The translations under genes were made by a program, and so were the position numbers. A stretch of DNA of 57,111 nucleotides from a virus (taxonomy: Duplodnaviria; Caudoviricetes): positions 1 to 57,111 of IMG/VR virus record IMGVR_UViG_3300038552_000393. One strand, written 5' to 3'. Below the pieces are notes generated by a model. The model was not told where the DNA came from, made no database searches, and saw nothing but the letters and a program-made list of their open reading frames with translations. Shown here in pieces: positions 46,085 through 56,204 of the stretch. Positions within the stretch are counted from its first letter, which is position 1; the number at the start of each line of letters is the position of its first letter.

Positions 46085-46692
46085 AAGCTGGCCTCATCGC
46101 CTTCATCGGTCGATGAATGCAACGCAATCGGCGCGGTGGCATTTTCTTCGCCACCTTCGGTAACGCCCGCTTTCTCGTCACGCGCCACCTGCTCGATGGC
46201 CTCCGGATCGACCCGTTCATAACGCCATTCGCCGATCTCGATCACGTTGGCCGCGCCCCACCAGTCCGGGCGGCGGTCGAAGAACGAACTCCAGGTGGCG
46301 GGGTCCGAAAACGCCGACCGGGCACGGTTTTTGACCGGCCGGCGCATATAGTAGATCTGGTCGCACCCGCTGTTGTCTCCCGGTGCGGCCTGACCGGCGG
46401 CCCGGGCCGCAAGGCGTTCCAGATGTTCTCCCTGCTTGCGGTAATACTCGTCCGACAAAAGCTTGCCGTTGCTGTTCCACCAGAACACGGCAAGTTTTTT
46501 GGAATAGGGGTCCGAGATCGTGTCCAACTCGCGCAGGTCCTTGACCGGTGAACCATCCTTGTAGCCGTAAACGCCATTTTGGTGCAGATAGATGATCCGG
46601 CCCGAACCTTCGTGCCAGGAACGCACGATGGTCACTTTTTTTCTGCCGGCGGTGCCATCGGGGTTGACGATTTTAAGATAAAGGGTTTGCAT
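46081..46692 (-). CDS. Hypothetical protein
   Basis: 203-aa ORF with GGGAG RBS in the head operon. Confidence 0.7.
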   Translation of the reverse strand: MQTLYLKIVNPDGTAGRKKVTIVRSWHEGSGRIIYLHQNGVYGYKDGSPVKDLRELDTISDPYSKKLAVFWWNSNGKLLSDEYYRKQGEHLERLAARAAGQAAPGDNSGCDQIYYMRRPVKNRARSAFSDPATWSSFFDRRPDWWGAANVIEIGEWRYERVDPEAIEQVARDEKAGVTEGGEENATAPIALHSSTDEGDEASF

Positions 46693-46723
46693 AAAAATTA
46701 ACTCCCTTCCTGCCTTCCGGGGC

Positions 46724-47260
46724 TTATTCGCCCAGCATCAGCATCTTGAGCGTGGCCTGGGCCGGCGTTGCGACGCCGCCCACAAGTTCTTCCACCAGCC
46801 CCACGCAGGTCCACACGGCCGTGCCGTCGGTCGTCGTGCCGCCCAGGGTCGTGCCGAGCGTTGGCGGCGAGGCGGCCGATGTGCCGGCCGTCGAACATCG
46901 GTAAAGATAGCCGTTTGCCGTCGCCGGGATCATCAAATCGCCCAGGCTGTAGGCCGTGCTGTTTTGCCTGGCCGTGTAGGTGGTGTCTTTTAAAGTGAAA
47001 ATTCGTATGGTGTGCCGGGCGGCGTCGTACTTGTAAATTTTTCCATCAACGGCGGCCTGAATAAAAACCCCGGACAAAACCTTGACGAAATTGAAGTTTC
47101 CCATCGCCGGAACCGGCACCCCGCCGACGGGATAGGTCTTTGTCCCGTCGCCAAAGACGGCCTGGGCGAATACGAGCTTGCGCGAAAGCGCTCCCGCCCC
47201 GATATCACGGTCGCGGGCGGCTAATGTGATGGCGACATCGGTCGCCGCTAAATCTGTCAT
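46724..47260 (-). CDS. Capsid decoration-like protein with inserted carbohydrate-binding-like module
   Basis: YPVGG; insert STAYSLGD..NGYLYRC.TAGTS..TTDGTAVWT. Confidence 0.6.
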   Translation of the reverse strand: MTDLAATDVAITLAARDRDIGAGALSRKLVFAQAVFGDGTKTYPVGGVPVPAMGNFNFVKVLSGVFIQAAVDGKIYKYDAARHTIRIFTLKDTTYTARQNSTAYSLGDLMIPATANGYLYRCSTAGTSAASPPTLGTTLGGTTTDGTAVWTCVGLVEELVGGVATPAQATLKMLMLGE

Positions 47261-47280
47261 GGTCGCATCTCCTTAAGGTG

Positions 47281-47307
47281 TCACCCGCCGGCATTCCCGA
47301 CGGGTGA
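47281..47307 (-). terminator. Hairpin downstream of the decoration gene
   Basis: TCACCCG..CGGGTGA stem; no clear U-tract. Confidence 0.35.
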
Positions 47308-47325
47308 GAGTTGAGCTGCCGTAAA

Positions 47326-47790
47326 TTAGGTGGTCTCGACCGCGTTGGCCATATTAGCCATGGTTTCGGGCACCGGAACGACCAGCAGCACCGGGTTGAA
47401 CTGCCCGGCCGGACCGGTCACCGGTTGCGTGGCGATCTCCACCACGACCTGCTCGCCGGGGTTAAGCACCGTGCCTCGGCCCGCGACATCGTACAAGAAT
47501 TTTCCGGCGGCCGTGGTGCCCATGTTAAACGTCGCGATATCGCCATTGCCACGGTCGGTATCGGAGCCGGCCGTCGGCCGCTTGTCCATCTTCACCACGC
47601 CGGGCGTGGTGCCGGCGCAGGTTTCGGTGATCTCAAGGCCGGCCAGATACACCTGGCACTTGAAGGGGATCGAAAAATAGCCGACATCGGCGGCGGTCTG
47701 GTCAAGGTCTACGCCGGCGGCCACAACCCCGGCGGCATCGTAGTCGGCGTGCCGGAAGGTCAAAGGAATGGGTACCTGTTCTGCCAACAT
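47326..47790 (-). CDS. Capsid cement/decoration-like protein
   Basis: 154-aa beta-rich ORF immediately after the major capsid gene. Confidence 0.65.
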   Translation of the reverse strand: MLAEQVPIPLTFRHADYDAAGVVAAGVDLDQTAADVGYFSIPFKCQVYLAGLEITETCAGTTPGVVKMDKRPTAGSDTDRGNGDIATFNMGTTAAGKFLYDVAGRGTVLNPGEQVVVEIATQPVTGPAGQFNPVLLVVPVPETMANMANAVETT

Positions 47791-47815
47791 AATAGGTTCC
47801 TCCGTTTATGATGGT

Positions 47816-47840
47816 TGCCGCCGGCCGGTCGGCCGGCGGC
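47816..47840 (-). terminator. GC-rich hairpin after the major capsid gene
   Basis: GCCGCCGGCCG-GT-CGGCCGGCGGC. Confidence 0.45.
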
Positions 47841-47875
47841 CGTCAATGTCTCATGCCACGATATCAACCGGGTGC

Positions 47876-48841
47876 TTAGCCGCTGGTGATATGGACCCCG
47901 CGCGCTTCGCGGTCGTTGGCGCTCTGGAATTTGACCCCGAAACCAACGATCCCGTACCAGGCCGCGGCACCCCGCCGGCCAAAGTCGCCCTTATAGTTGG
48001 GTTGCGCGCGAACCTCGGGGGCTTCCACTTCCGCCCGGGCCACGGCATCGTCTCCGAAGACGACGCCTTCGCCCAGCACGTTGCTCGCGCCCATGGAGTT
48101 GGAAAGCGCATCGTCGTTGGTGATCTCGGAGCAACGAATCGAGTCGATCTGCCCGAATTCTCCGCGATAGAGAAGGTCCCCTTTGCGCAAATACATATGC
48201 CAGGCCTCGAGCCGGCGGTCCTGCTTCAGGCCCCGGCAAGCCTTGGTTGCAAAAAGGCCGATATAGTGCTCGCCGTCATAAAACGGAACGTGCAGGTCCT
48301 TTGCCATATAATCGCGCACAACACCCAGATGGTCGGCGGTAACATTGACCAACGCCTGGGTCGAGGGAGTGCCGTCGGTGTCGAAAGTGCCGCCGGTCAG
48401 GGTTGTCGGGATGAACTTGATCTTCATGTTGCTGCTGGTAAACTCGGACGCTGCGGCCACATCCATGACCTGGTTCATCTGATCGGTCAGGGCTTTTTGA
48501 GTGGCGTTCTTGGGATCGAATTTGCCCAATTGCTGGGCAAAATGCGTCCACTCGACACCGCGGCCCCATTCGAAAACAGAGATGGAGCTTTGCCCCATTT
48601 CAAGCTGATCGATGGGGATGCGGGTATCTTCTTCCAATTTTCCGGAAGTCGGGTCGGCCACCGGCTTATAGTAGATCAGGGTCACGGACTGGCCCATCAT
48701 CGGGCCGTAGTCATCGACCTTCTTGGTGAATGGCACGAACTTCCAGGCGCGCGCAGATACCATGAGAAGCTTTCCGGAAAGCGCGCTGTTCTTATAAACT
48801 CCGCTCGCGGCATCATATGTCCAGGTAAACGTGTTTGGCAT
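47876..48841 (-). CDS. Major capsid protein
   Basis: 321 aa after the scaffold; EWGRGV, GEFGQID, VVFGDDA, DFGRR..AAWYG; strong AGGAGG RBS. Confidence 0.85.
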   Translation of the reverse strand: MPNTFTWTYDAASGVYKNSALSGKLLMVSARAWKFVPFTKKVDDYGPMMGQSVTLIYYKPVADPTSGKLEEDTRIPIDQLEMGQSSISVFEWGRGVEWTHFAQQLGKFDPKNATQKALTDQMNQVMDVAAASEFTSSNMKIKFIPTTLTGGTFDTDGTPSTQALVNVTADHLGVVRDYMAKDLHVPFYDGEHYIGLFATKACRGLKQDRRLEAWHMYLRKGDLLYRGEFGQIDSIRCSEITNDDALSNSMGASNVLGEGVVFGDDAVARAEVEAPEVRAQPNYKGDFGRRGAAAWYGIVGFGVKFQSANDREARGVHITSG

Positions 48842-48865
48842 AAGTCCTCCTTAAGACTTGCCGTC

Positions 48866-49939
48866 CTACAACCGCCGTTCGGCCTCGATCGCATCGAGCG
48901 CATCCGAGATTGCAATCCGCCGTGCCGGCGCAGGTTGCGCCGGGGCCGGCACGCGGGCCGGCGATGCCCCCATGGGCTGGTTGACCTCCTGGTGCTGGCG
49001 GGCCAACCCGGCGGCGGCAGTCTCGGTTTCGCGCGCGAAACGCTCGCGCTGACTGCGGTGGTAGGATTGGGTATCTGTGATCACCTGTGACACCATTTCT
49101 TGCAAGGTGCGAAGACGGCCGTCGGCCGCACGGCGCGGAACGCTTTTGCAGGCATTGACAAAGAAAAGATCGCCGGGATCGATCCCTGCGGCCACCGCCT
49201 GGGCATTGGCATAGTCCATCGGATCGGTGGCCGGATCGGAGCCGGCAGTCGATGGCGGTTGCCCGCCATCGACTGCCTCCGGGATTGCCGGAACCGCTTC
49301 CGGCGCTGGGGGCCCTGGGCGGTGCTCGTCAACCCAACTTGCGACATCGACATCTTTTTTGGCCCAAATGTCGGCCACCTTTTCCTGGTACCCGGGGTCT
49401 TCCGGGTCAAGGGTGTCGATCTCTTTTAAGGCCTTTAGATGCGCAGTCTTGGAATAACTGCTCAACTCTCCATGGAAACCGGCCAGCGTCTCTGCCTGGC
49501 GGCTGGCCTGCTCGCGGGCCAGCCTTTCGGACCGCAATCGGGCAAGCTCCTGTTCGGTGCGCGTGGCCTTGGCCTGCAGATTGCGATAGCCCTCTTCGGC
49601 CGCCAGGTGGTCCTTGAACCTCGGCGCAGGGGGTGTTGGGCCAGGGGCAGGTTGATCTTTATCCTTGTCGTTGCCTGGTGCGCCGCCAGCCGGCGGCTCG
49701 CCTTCGCCGCTTGCCGGCGGCGTCACAGTCTGATCTGGGGTGATAGTTTTTGTCGGATCGTCTCCGGCGGAAAGTGTGTCCGCGCCTTCCTCAGAGTCAA
49801 ATGAACCTTCTCCGGGGTGGCCCGAAAGGGCCGGGCCGGAGGGGAGAAGATCGTCTTCTCCGACTCTCTGAATACCGGCGTCGATCGCCTGGTCGAGGCT
49901 GGTCACGGTGGTTGATTCTCCTGTTTCTACTCCTGGCAT
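48866..49939 (-). CDS. Scaffolding protein
   Basis: Acidic, Pro-rich N-terminus, EEGYRNLQ coiled coil; between portal and capsid. Confidence 0.75.
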   Translation of the reverse strand: MPGVETGESTTVTSLDQAIDAGIQRVGEDDLLPSGPALSGHPGEGSFDSEEGADTLSAGDDPTKTITPDQTVTPPASGEGEPPAGGAPGNDKDKDQPAPGPTPPAPRFKDHLAAEEGYRNLQAKATRTEQELARLRSERLAREQASRQAETLAGFHGELSSYSKTAHLKALKEIDTLDPEDPGYQEKVADIWAKKDVDVASWVDEHRPGPPAPEAVPAIPEAVDGGQPPSTAGSDPATDPMDYANAQAVAAGIDPGDLFFVNACKSVPRRAADGRLRTLQEMVSQVITDTQSYHRSQRERFARETETAAAGLARQHQEVNQPMGASPARVPAPAQPAPARRIAISDALDAIEAERRL

Positions 49940-50033
49940 GGGGCCGCTCCTTTCAGCGTGATCCTTGCCTGTCTGCGGGGCCTGACTGGCGTAACCGCAT
50001 CGGGCCAAGGGGCTCGTAGAATAAGCCGCGTTG

Positions 50034-50354
50034 TTATTCCTGGTCGGCGATATACATCGCCGCCAATCTCTTTACGGCCGCTTGGGCCGAGTGGTATTTA
50101 ACACCCATTTCCTTTAAAACATCGATCAAGGCGCAAGACCGGGGGTCTTCTTCCATGAGCTCGATCAGCCGCGCCTCCAAGCGCGCCTTGATCAACGCGA
50201 TCACCTTTTGGCCTTCGGATGATGACACCAGGGCAATATCAGACATTGCCTTTTTCAGACGCTCTGTGTCAGCCTGCCTGGACCGGATAAGATCCCGGGG
50301 CTGTGTCAGACTGGGGCGCAACGTTTGCGGGTCCACCGCCGTTCCCTGTTCCAT
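50034..50354 (-). CDS. Hypothetical protein after portal
   Basis: Helical 106-aa ORF overlapping the portal 3' end. Confidence 0.65.
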   Translation of the reverse strand: MEQGTAVDPQTLRPSLTQPRDLIRSRQADTERLKKAMSDIALVSSSEGQKVIALIKARLEARLIELMEEDPRSCALIDVLKEMGVKYHSAQAAVKRLAAMYIADQE

Positions 50355-52299
50355 CGTCCGTCTTCTCCATGCCAATCTGCCCGGACATCAGGCGGATCTC
50401 TTCTGCCGCCTGCCGTATGTCCTCGGCGTCTATTTTCTGCAGGCGCTCGATGATATCGGTGATGCCAAGCACTTCTTTCAGCCTGGCCAACTTTTCGAGT
50501 GCATCGCCTTCCCTGGCAGCAGCCAGGCGCTCCTGCAAGTCAACTATCTTGGATTCCTCATCACCGACGAAAATGCCCTCGTCGGTCAGGTTGACCCGGC
50601 TCTCGATAGCCTTGATGACCCCGTAGGGCTTGATGTATTTGCCGAAGCGAGGCGATTCGGCCATGGGGATAACCACCTCGCGCAGGGTTTTTAGCGCCTC
50701 GGCATCACGCATCAGACTCTGCATGCCGGAGATATGGCAGCGGCCTGAAAACTCCGGTACGCCGACGACTCCGCGGCTGGCATTGGGGTTTGCCTGGATG
50801 CCATAGAGCTTAAGCTCCTCTTCCGAAAAAATTTCCTTAAGATCGGCGTACCCGATGTTATTGAAGATCACGTCGATGGACAGGTCGGTGATATCCACCG
50901 CCCCTTCCTCCAGGGATTCGCCCATCAGGCCGAACACCCCCATGGCCTGGTCCAGGTTCATGGACGCTTCGCGAAACGTCATGTCTTTGCGATATCCCGG
51001 CAACCCCTGCACCGCGTCGGTGACAAACGCGCCGCGCTGAAAGTTCTGATCCAGGTATTGCTGGTTGGCAAGGATCTCGTTGGTTCGGCCGCGGCGTTCG
51101 TGTTCGCGCAGCACCTGCTGGCCATTGGCCGTGTCGCGCGTCAGCCATCGTTTACCCGGCGTATCGTCAACGTCCTCGGGGTCCAGCAGGGCATCCACAT
51201 TGATCTCCTTGGACGGGCTGGTGACCCACTTCAAGGCGTCCATGTGCAGACACATGATTTCGTTGATCGCGTCCCATAGCCGAACCACCCCCTCCAACAA
51301 GCCGCGGCCGCCAAAGCGCAATAGGTTCGGCAACGGCGAAAACGATGTCCCCGGCCAGCGCCGGCGGGTTGTAACCGCGGTCGGTAGCTGTATCACCCGC
51401 CCGCCGGCTACCGTGAAGGTGGCCGACGGCAATAAAATATTTCCCTTGGGGTCCAACACCATCCCCCAAAATTCGCGCGTCAAGATCATGGCCCGGTAGG
51501 GGGACCGCGACACAACCATCTTGCGCCGCTCGGCAATGGCCTCCTTGGTCATCAGGGGATCGTCGATCCCGCCGCTATCGGACACGTTCTTGGCGCGGGC
51601 CACATCAAAGTACCGGCCGCGCTTCTGGCCATCCAACAACACATGGTAATCGAGCCACTCCTCATGGATCCAGTACATCCCGCTTTGCGGCTCGCGGCTC
51701 ATGGCGTCCGGGTCGCGATGGATTTTCCAGGGTTCGACCAGGGAAAAGTGCAGCCCGCGGCCGGGAAGCCAGCGGGGGATGATCTCCATCGTCTGACCTA
51801 CGGCAAACCCCATGATATTGGCGTCCCCGAAGCGGGACACGAATTTTCCCTTGTCCACCGAAAAAAGATCGTCCAGCACCTTTTGCCAAAATGATCCGGT
51901 CAGCTTGTCGAGACTTTTGCTGATGGAAAGATAATTCGGAGAAAATGCCTTCTTCACCGAAGCCGCGCCGAACTGCACGGTCTGAAACGGCTTGGGAACC
52001 ACGATCCGGCTTTGCCAGAACTCTTTATTCTGGTAGGATTTCGGCTCAAGCTCGTTATATGCCCGCCAGCATTCGTCCTGCGCCTTTCGGATATCGTCGC
52101 TGGCATCGTTCGATTCCTTGACGCAGGCCTGGCAGTAATCCACATAGTGCTTTTCGTTTTCTCCGAAATAGGCCTGCGCAGCCTCCTCGCGTTCGGCGGT
52201 CTCCTTTTCGTCCATCGGAAGCGCGTAAGGATCGGCGGTCGCCATTTCCCTGGCGCGGTTCCGCAGCTCGTCGCGCGGGTCTTGGATTGCAATCGGCAT
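50269..52299 (-). CDS. Portal protein
   Basis: 676 aa downstream of TerL; VEPWKIHRDPDA, FGGRGLL, VTDAVQG. Confidence 0.85.
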   Translation of the reverse strand: MPIAIQDPRDELRNRAREMATADPYALPMDEKETAEREEAAQAYFGENEKHYVDYCQACVKESNDASDDIRKAQDECWRAYNELEPKSYQNKEFWQSRIVVPKPFQTVQFGAASVKKAFSPNYLSISKSLDKLTGSFWQKVLDDLFSVDKGKFVSRFGDANIMGFAVGQTMEIIPRWLPGRGLHFSLVEPWKIHRDPDAMSREPQSGMYWIHEEWLDYHVLLDGQKRGRYFDVARAKNVSDSGGIDDPLMTKEAIAERRKMVVSRSPYRAMILTREFWGMVLDPKGNILLPSATFTVAGGRVIQLPTAVTTRRRWPGTSFSPLPNLLRFGGRGLLEGVVRLWDAINEIMCLHMDALKWVTSPSKEINVDALLDPEDVDDTPGKRWLTRDTANGQQVLREHERRGRTNEILANQQYLDQNFQRGAFVTDAVQGLPGYRKDMTFREASMNLDQAMGVFGLMGESLEEGAVDITDLSIDVIFNNIGYADLKEIFSEEELKLYGIQANPNASRGVVGVPEFSGRCHISGMQSLMRDAEALKTLREVVIPMAESPRFGKYIKPYGVIKAIESRVNLTDEGIFVGDEESKIVDLQERLAAAREGDALEKLARLKEVLGITDIIERLQKIDAEDIRQAAEEIRLMSGQIGMEKTDDGTGNGGGPANVAPQSDTAPGSYPVQAG

Positions 52300-52635
52300 T
52301 TACAGCCCCGATCCGGGAGCGCCGGGAAAGACGGCGTCGAAGTTTTGCTTATAGCGCTGGATGGCCGACGGCTCGTCAGCCGGAGCGCCATCCTTTGCCG
52401 CGGGGTTGAACGCGATGGTCTCAAAATTTCTCAAATACTTGCTGCTCACCCGTCCCGGACGCCAGTCGCTGGAACGCGATGGGCATTCGCCGTGGCACAG
52501 GTGCGTATCCGGTTCTCCATCCCACCCTTCTTGCGCGTGCGTCTCGGCCCCGCAGTCGCGGCACTTGAAGACCTTATTGGGCTCATCGTATGGCCCGCCT
52601 TCTTTCATCTCCCAGTATCGATCGAAATGCCCCAT
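52300..52635 (-). CDS. Hypothetical zinc-binding protein
   Basis: CRDC/CHGEC; two Y.(R/Q)NF(E/D) repeats. Confidence 0.65.
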   Translation of the reverse strand: MGHFDRYWEMKEGGPYDEPNKVFKCRDCGAETHAQEGWDGEPDTHLCHGECPSRSSDWRPGRVSSKYLRNFETIAFNPAAKDGAPADEPSAIQRYKQNFDAVFPGAPGSGL

Positions 52636-52637
52636 AC

Positions 52638-54101
52638 CTACCTCATCCCGCCAGGTGCGGACCTTGAAAAATTATTACCGGAATAACCCAATGCCCGCCG
52701 CCGGTTCATCTCTCGAACGGTAGCGGAAACCTTTGCAAACTGCTTCGACGCGCTGTAGGGCATCAACAGCGAAATGCCGTATGAAAAAGCCATCCCCGGA
52801 TGGTCATGCTGGTTCTTGACCGGCATGTCACCAACGACCTTGCCGTTGTTGTCTTTTTTGTAATGCCAGCCGCCCTTCATGGCCCGGTGCAGGGCCACGG
52901 CCGCGCCCGACACCATCACCGCCGGCTGGCCGTCGTTTAAGAGCCGTTTCCAACACTGGTTGACCGCGTCTTTTCGCGCCGGCCAGCGCACCGGCCCGCG
53001 CTCGAATCTCGGCCGGCCGTACCGGGCGAACTTGGCCTCGATGATGCGCGACGACACACGGTGTACGCTGCTCTGATCCGGAGTGGCCATGGAGGGATCG
53101 CCGATCACGCGCGCCTCTATGATCTTGCCGGCGTATTTGGGAGACAGCAAAACCGGCTCAACCACCTCGTCGAACAGGTCCTCCGGCCCCAATCCATCGA
53201 CATAAAAAGCGTCGTGGATCACAAGCTGCCCCGATGGCGTGTATTGGGCAAGGATGCAGGCCGGGTGCTGATACGAGTCCCACATGGATATCAATGTCTG
53301 GCGCGGATAGACCGGCAACACCTTGTCCGTGTGATGGATGGCCTCGCTGTAGGCCGGCGCCACCGCCACCCCCTGGATGACGGAGGCCTTCTTGCCCTCC
53401 ACGTAGCGCGCCCACTTGCCGGGATCATCCTTGAACGCGGCCCGGTTGGCGGCCCGCGTCAACCCGGGCAAATACTTGTTCTCACCGGGCCGGATGCGAA
53501 ACGATTTCTTCAGGATCACGAAGCGCTCGCCGGTCTCGGAATCGGTGTAGTCGGCGTACTCTTCCGGCTCGTCTTCAAGCTCGGATGTCCAGTGCTCGTC
53601 TTCTCCCGGGTTCTGCGTGATCTGCACCCGCAGCACGGTGCGGCGCTGCCGTGCCGCGCGGGCCACGGCAAGATTGAAGACATCCTTGGGAAGTCCGGCG
53701 TTGATCTTCTCGACGATCGGCGCCGGCTCTTCCAGCCAGATGATGGCGTATTGCGGACCCTGCAGCTTGGATATCGAAGCCGCGTCGTCGATGCCGAACA
53801 TATCCAGCTCGACCTTGGGCTGCGACATGATGGTCGCCTTCTTGTCGCCATCCGAAAAACGAACGAAATCACCCAAATAATCGCGCATGTCGGGAATGGT
53901 GGAAGTCTTGATGTTCTGGAAGGTATCCCGCACCAATGCCCCGCGAATATCCGTGCCGCATCGCTCCGCATGCGCAATACACCCCGCCACGCCAGCCACG
54001 GTTTTCCCTTCTCCCATCGGCCCCATCAACTGGACGATGTGTGCAGGGCACATGGCAAAGGCATACTGGGTAGGGGAGAGATCGAACACGATGTCTGCCA
54101 T
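52638..54101 (-). CDS. terL: Terminase large subunit
   Basis: Walker A GPMGEGKT, Walker B IWLEE, TQNP, nuclease WD, GDPS, KNQHDH. Confidence 0.9.
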   Translation of the reverse strand: MADIVFDLSPTQYAFAMCPAHIVQLMGPMGEGKTVAGVAGCIAHAERCGTDIRGALVRDTFQNIKTSTIPDMRDYLGDFVRFSDGDKKATIMSQPKVELDMFGIDDAASISKLQGPQYAIIWLEEPAPIVEKINAGLPKDVFNLAVARAARQRRTVLRVQITQNPGEDEHWTSELEDEPEEYADYTDSETGERFVILKKSFRIRPGENKYLPGLTRAANRAAFKDDPGKWARYVEGKKASVIQGVAVAPAYSEAIHHTDKVLPVYPRQTLISMWDSYQHPACILAQYTPSGQLVIHDAFYVDGLGPEDLFDEVVEPVLLSPKYAGKIIEARVIGDPSMATPDQSSVHRVSSRIIEAKFARYGRPRFERGPVRWPARKDAVNQCWKRLLNDGQPAVMVSGAAVALHRAMKGGWHYKKDNNGKVVGDMPVKNQHDHPGMAFSYGISLLMPYSASKQFAKVSATVREMNRRRALGYSGNNFSRSAPGGMR

Positions 54102-54757
54102 CAGCCACCACTCCCGGGCACGACAAATAGTCGCCGCTGATCTTTTGAAGCAGATGCCGGCGCATCTTCGGCCGGCTTGGAGCCGTCATACGGCTTGATG
54201 ATGATCCGGCCTTTCTCGTTATCGCCGAGCAGCCCGGCGTTTCTCAGCTTGACCTCGATGATGCCGGTCGCCATCTTCATGGCAGATAAGCGCTGCTTCT
54301 GGCTGTTGATATCGCTGATGATCCATTGCAGCACCATCTTGTAAATCCGTTCTACCACTTGCCGGCGGCCCTTTTCGTCCTGGTGGGGAACACCTGTCAC
54401 AAGCTCGACGAAATCGTCCAGCGAATCGGCTACACGCGTCCAGGCGGAAATGCGTTGCGCCTTTGCAGCCGGCTCTTCCCCTGACCAGGAAAGACATAGG
54501 CGCTCCATCTCTTCAAGCGCTGCCAGGTCCTTGGGAAGCTCACGGTCCACATGCTCGGAGAAAACCTGCTCGGCCCGGCTCAGATTCTTTTCCCGCTGCT
54601 CTTTTATCCAGCGGGCCACTACCGGCTGGCTGATATTAAATCCGTCGGAACGCAACGCGCTGGCGATCTGCCGGCTAGTCTGCCCGGCATCGAGCCCGGC
54701 CACAATCCGTGGCCCTAAATTGAATTGCTCGATTTTTCCCGCCCTGGTTCTTGCCAT
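54101..54757 (-). CDS. terS: Terminase small subunit (putative)
   Basis: N-terminal HTH (TSRQIASAL...ISQPVVARW); coupled to terL. Confidence 0.7.
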   Translation of the reverse strand: MARTRAGKIEQFNLGPRIVAGLDAGQTSRQIASALRSDGFNISQPVVARWIKEQREKNLSRAEQVFSEHVDRELPKDLAALEEMERLCLSWSGEEPAAKAQRISAWTRVADSLDDFVELVTGVPHQDEKGRRQVVERIYKMVLQWIISDINSQKQRLSAMKMATGIIEVKLRNAGLLGDNEKGRIIIKPYDGSKPAEDAPASASKDQRRLFVVPGSGG

Positions 54758-54853
54758 TCAAACGCCCCCGCCTTGATTCGCACAATGCACGTTTTATAGC
54801 TGAATCATACCACACGGCGCAGCGGGCAAAGTGGTCCGGAAGCGTTCGTATGA

Positions 54854-54902
54854 CCCGGTAGAACTCCATGGAGCTGAGTAGGAAGAAAAAAAGGCTTGAC
54901 AA
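54854..54902 (-). promoter_or_regulatory. Conserved late-operon upstream element, copy 2
   Basis: Closely similar to 20536-20596; about 100 nt upstream of terS. Confidence 0.55.
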
Positions 54903-55121
54903 AATTGGCAGGAGGCCGTTCAGACACCCGACGGCCACTTTAAACGCATCAATCCACACTCCCCGTCTCCCCCATAACCATCCCATCGGCTGCTCGTGAT
55001 CATGTCGCCCGACGCTGAATTTGACTGAAAATTACATACCCATCATGATGATGACGGGGGGAGGGGAGTCCCGTCCCGGCGAACGCCGCCACCACTGACG
55101 GCATCCGCCGGACTCGGAGGT

Positions 55122-55790
55122 CTACGCGGTGGGGTTGACTGGCTGGCTTGCATCGCGATCCTTCTTGTTCAGCCCCCGGCGCCGCAGCCAGTGTCTAAGG
55201 TTTGCCTCGGTCGTACCAAGCCGCTCGGCCAACCTTTTGCGTTTGATCCCAAGCGCCAGCAACTCGACAATCTCGTCCCGGGATTTGTCCAATTTGGATT
55301 TCCCCGGCCCCGGCGGCCGGCCCAACCGGATACCCAAAGCCTTGCGGGTCGCAAGCGCCGCCTTGGTCCGCTGGCTGATAAGGTCCCGCTCGATCTCGGC
55401 CGCCATGGCAAAACACATGGCAACCAACTTGGATTGCATCGATCCATCCAGCGACCACGACCCTTTGGCGGCAAAAACCCTGACGCCAGCCGTAGTGGCG
55501 ACCGACAAAATCTCCATCACCTCCAACATCGACCGGCCCAGCCGAGACAACTCGGCCACCACCAGGGCATCCCCGGATGAGAGCCCATCCATCACCCCGG
55601 CAATCTCCCGTTGCCGCCACGGACGCCGGCCCGAAACCACCTCATCGACAAACTCAATTTCACCCAACCCCCGCGCGCTGGCCAGCTTGACAATCTCCAG
55701 TCGCTGATTGTCAACGTCCTGCCGATCGGTCGAAACCCTCACATAGGCCACGACCCGTGTTCCGTTTTTTTGTTTCATTTTGGCCTCCAT
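55122..55790 (-). CDS. Serine recombinase (resolvase/invertase family)
   Basis: AYVRVST.RQ, SGR, GDALVVAELSRLGRS, AEIERDLISQRT, LGRP, C-terminal HTH. Confidence 0.95.
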   Translation of the reverse strand: MEAKMKQKNGTRVVAYVRVSTDRQDVDNQRLEIVKLASARGLGEIEFVDEVVSGRRPWRQREIAGVMDGLSSGDALVVAELSRLGRSMLEVMEILSVATTAGVRVFAAKGSWSLDGSMQSKLVAMCFAMAAEIERDLISQRTKAALATRKALGIRLGRPPGPGKSKLDKSRDEIVELLALGIKRKRLAERLGTTEANLRHWLRRRGLNKKDRDASQPVNPTA

Positions 55791-55794
55791 GTAA

Positions 55795-55905
55795 TAAAAA
55801 AGCTTTTTAATATCGTTTTCATGATAAAATTATCATTATTAAAATAACGTTGTCAACAAATTTACTTTTCCATATCAAAAAAATAAAAACGATCGTTTTC
55901 ATTTG
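55795..55905. promoter_or_regulatory. Putative res site and promoter of the resolvase
   Basis: AT-rich, with inverted repeats ATGATAAAATTATCAT and AAAACGATCGTTTT directly upstream of the recombinase. Confidence 0.45.
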
Positions 55906-56204
55906 CGCTTTGTGTCCAAAATTTTCGGCAGCAAAAAATCCCGCTTGACACCTATCCGTTGATCCAGATAAACAAATCAATAGTGTTTTCTGCAGCTTCC
56001 ACACTCCCCCACCCCCCTCCGGCATATCCAAAAACATATGATCATGGATGCGCCCGCTGGCAGCGCTAAGTTTTCGCATATTGCGAATACAAACAATAAA
56101 ACTCCATCCCCCCGCCGTGATTTGATTCGAGCGCCGGCACGCACTCAGCCGTTGGTATCGATATGACACTGCTGACACCCTCCTGGTTACTCGAAAATAT
56201 TCTG

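Noticed and set aside
20705-54776. Many long plus-strand ORFs (e.g. 24489-25748, 47768-49090, 53061-54140)
   Set aside because: Antisense shadows of well-supported minus-strand genes in high-GC DNA, with no recognisable motifs.
55122-55790. Invertase-driven tail-fibre shufflon
   Set aside because: The recombinase is more than 9 kb from the fibre genes, and no inverted crossover sites or reversed partial fibre genes were seen.
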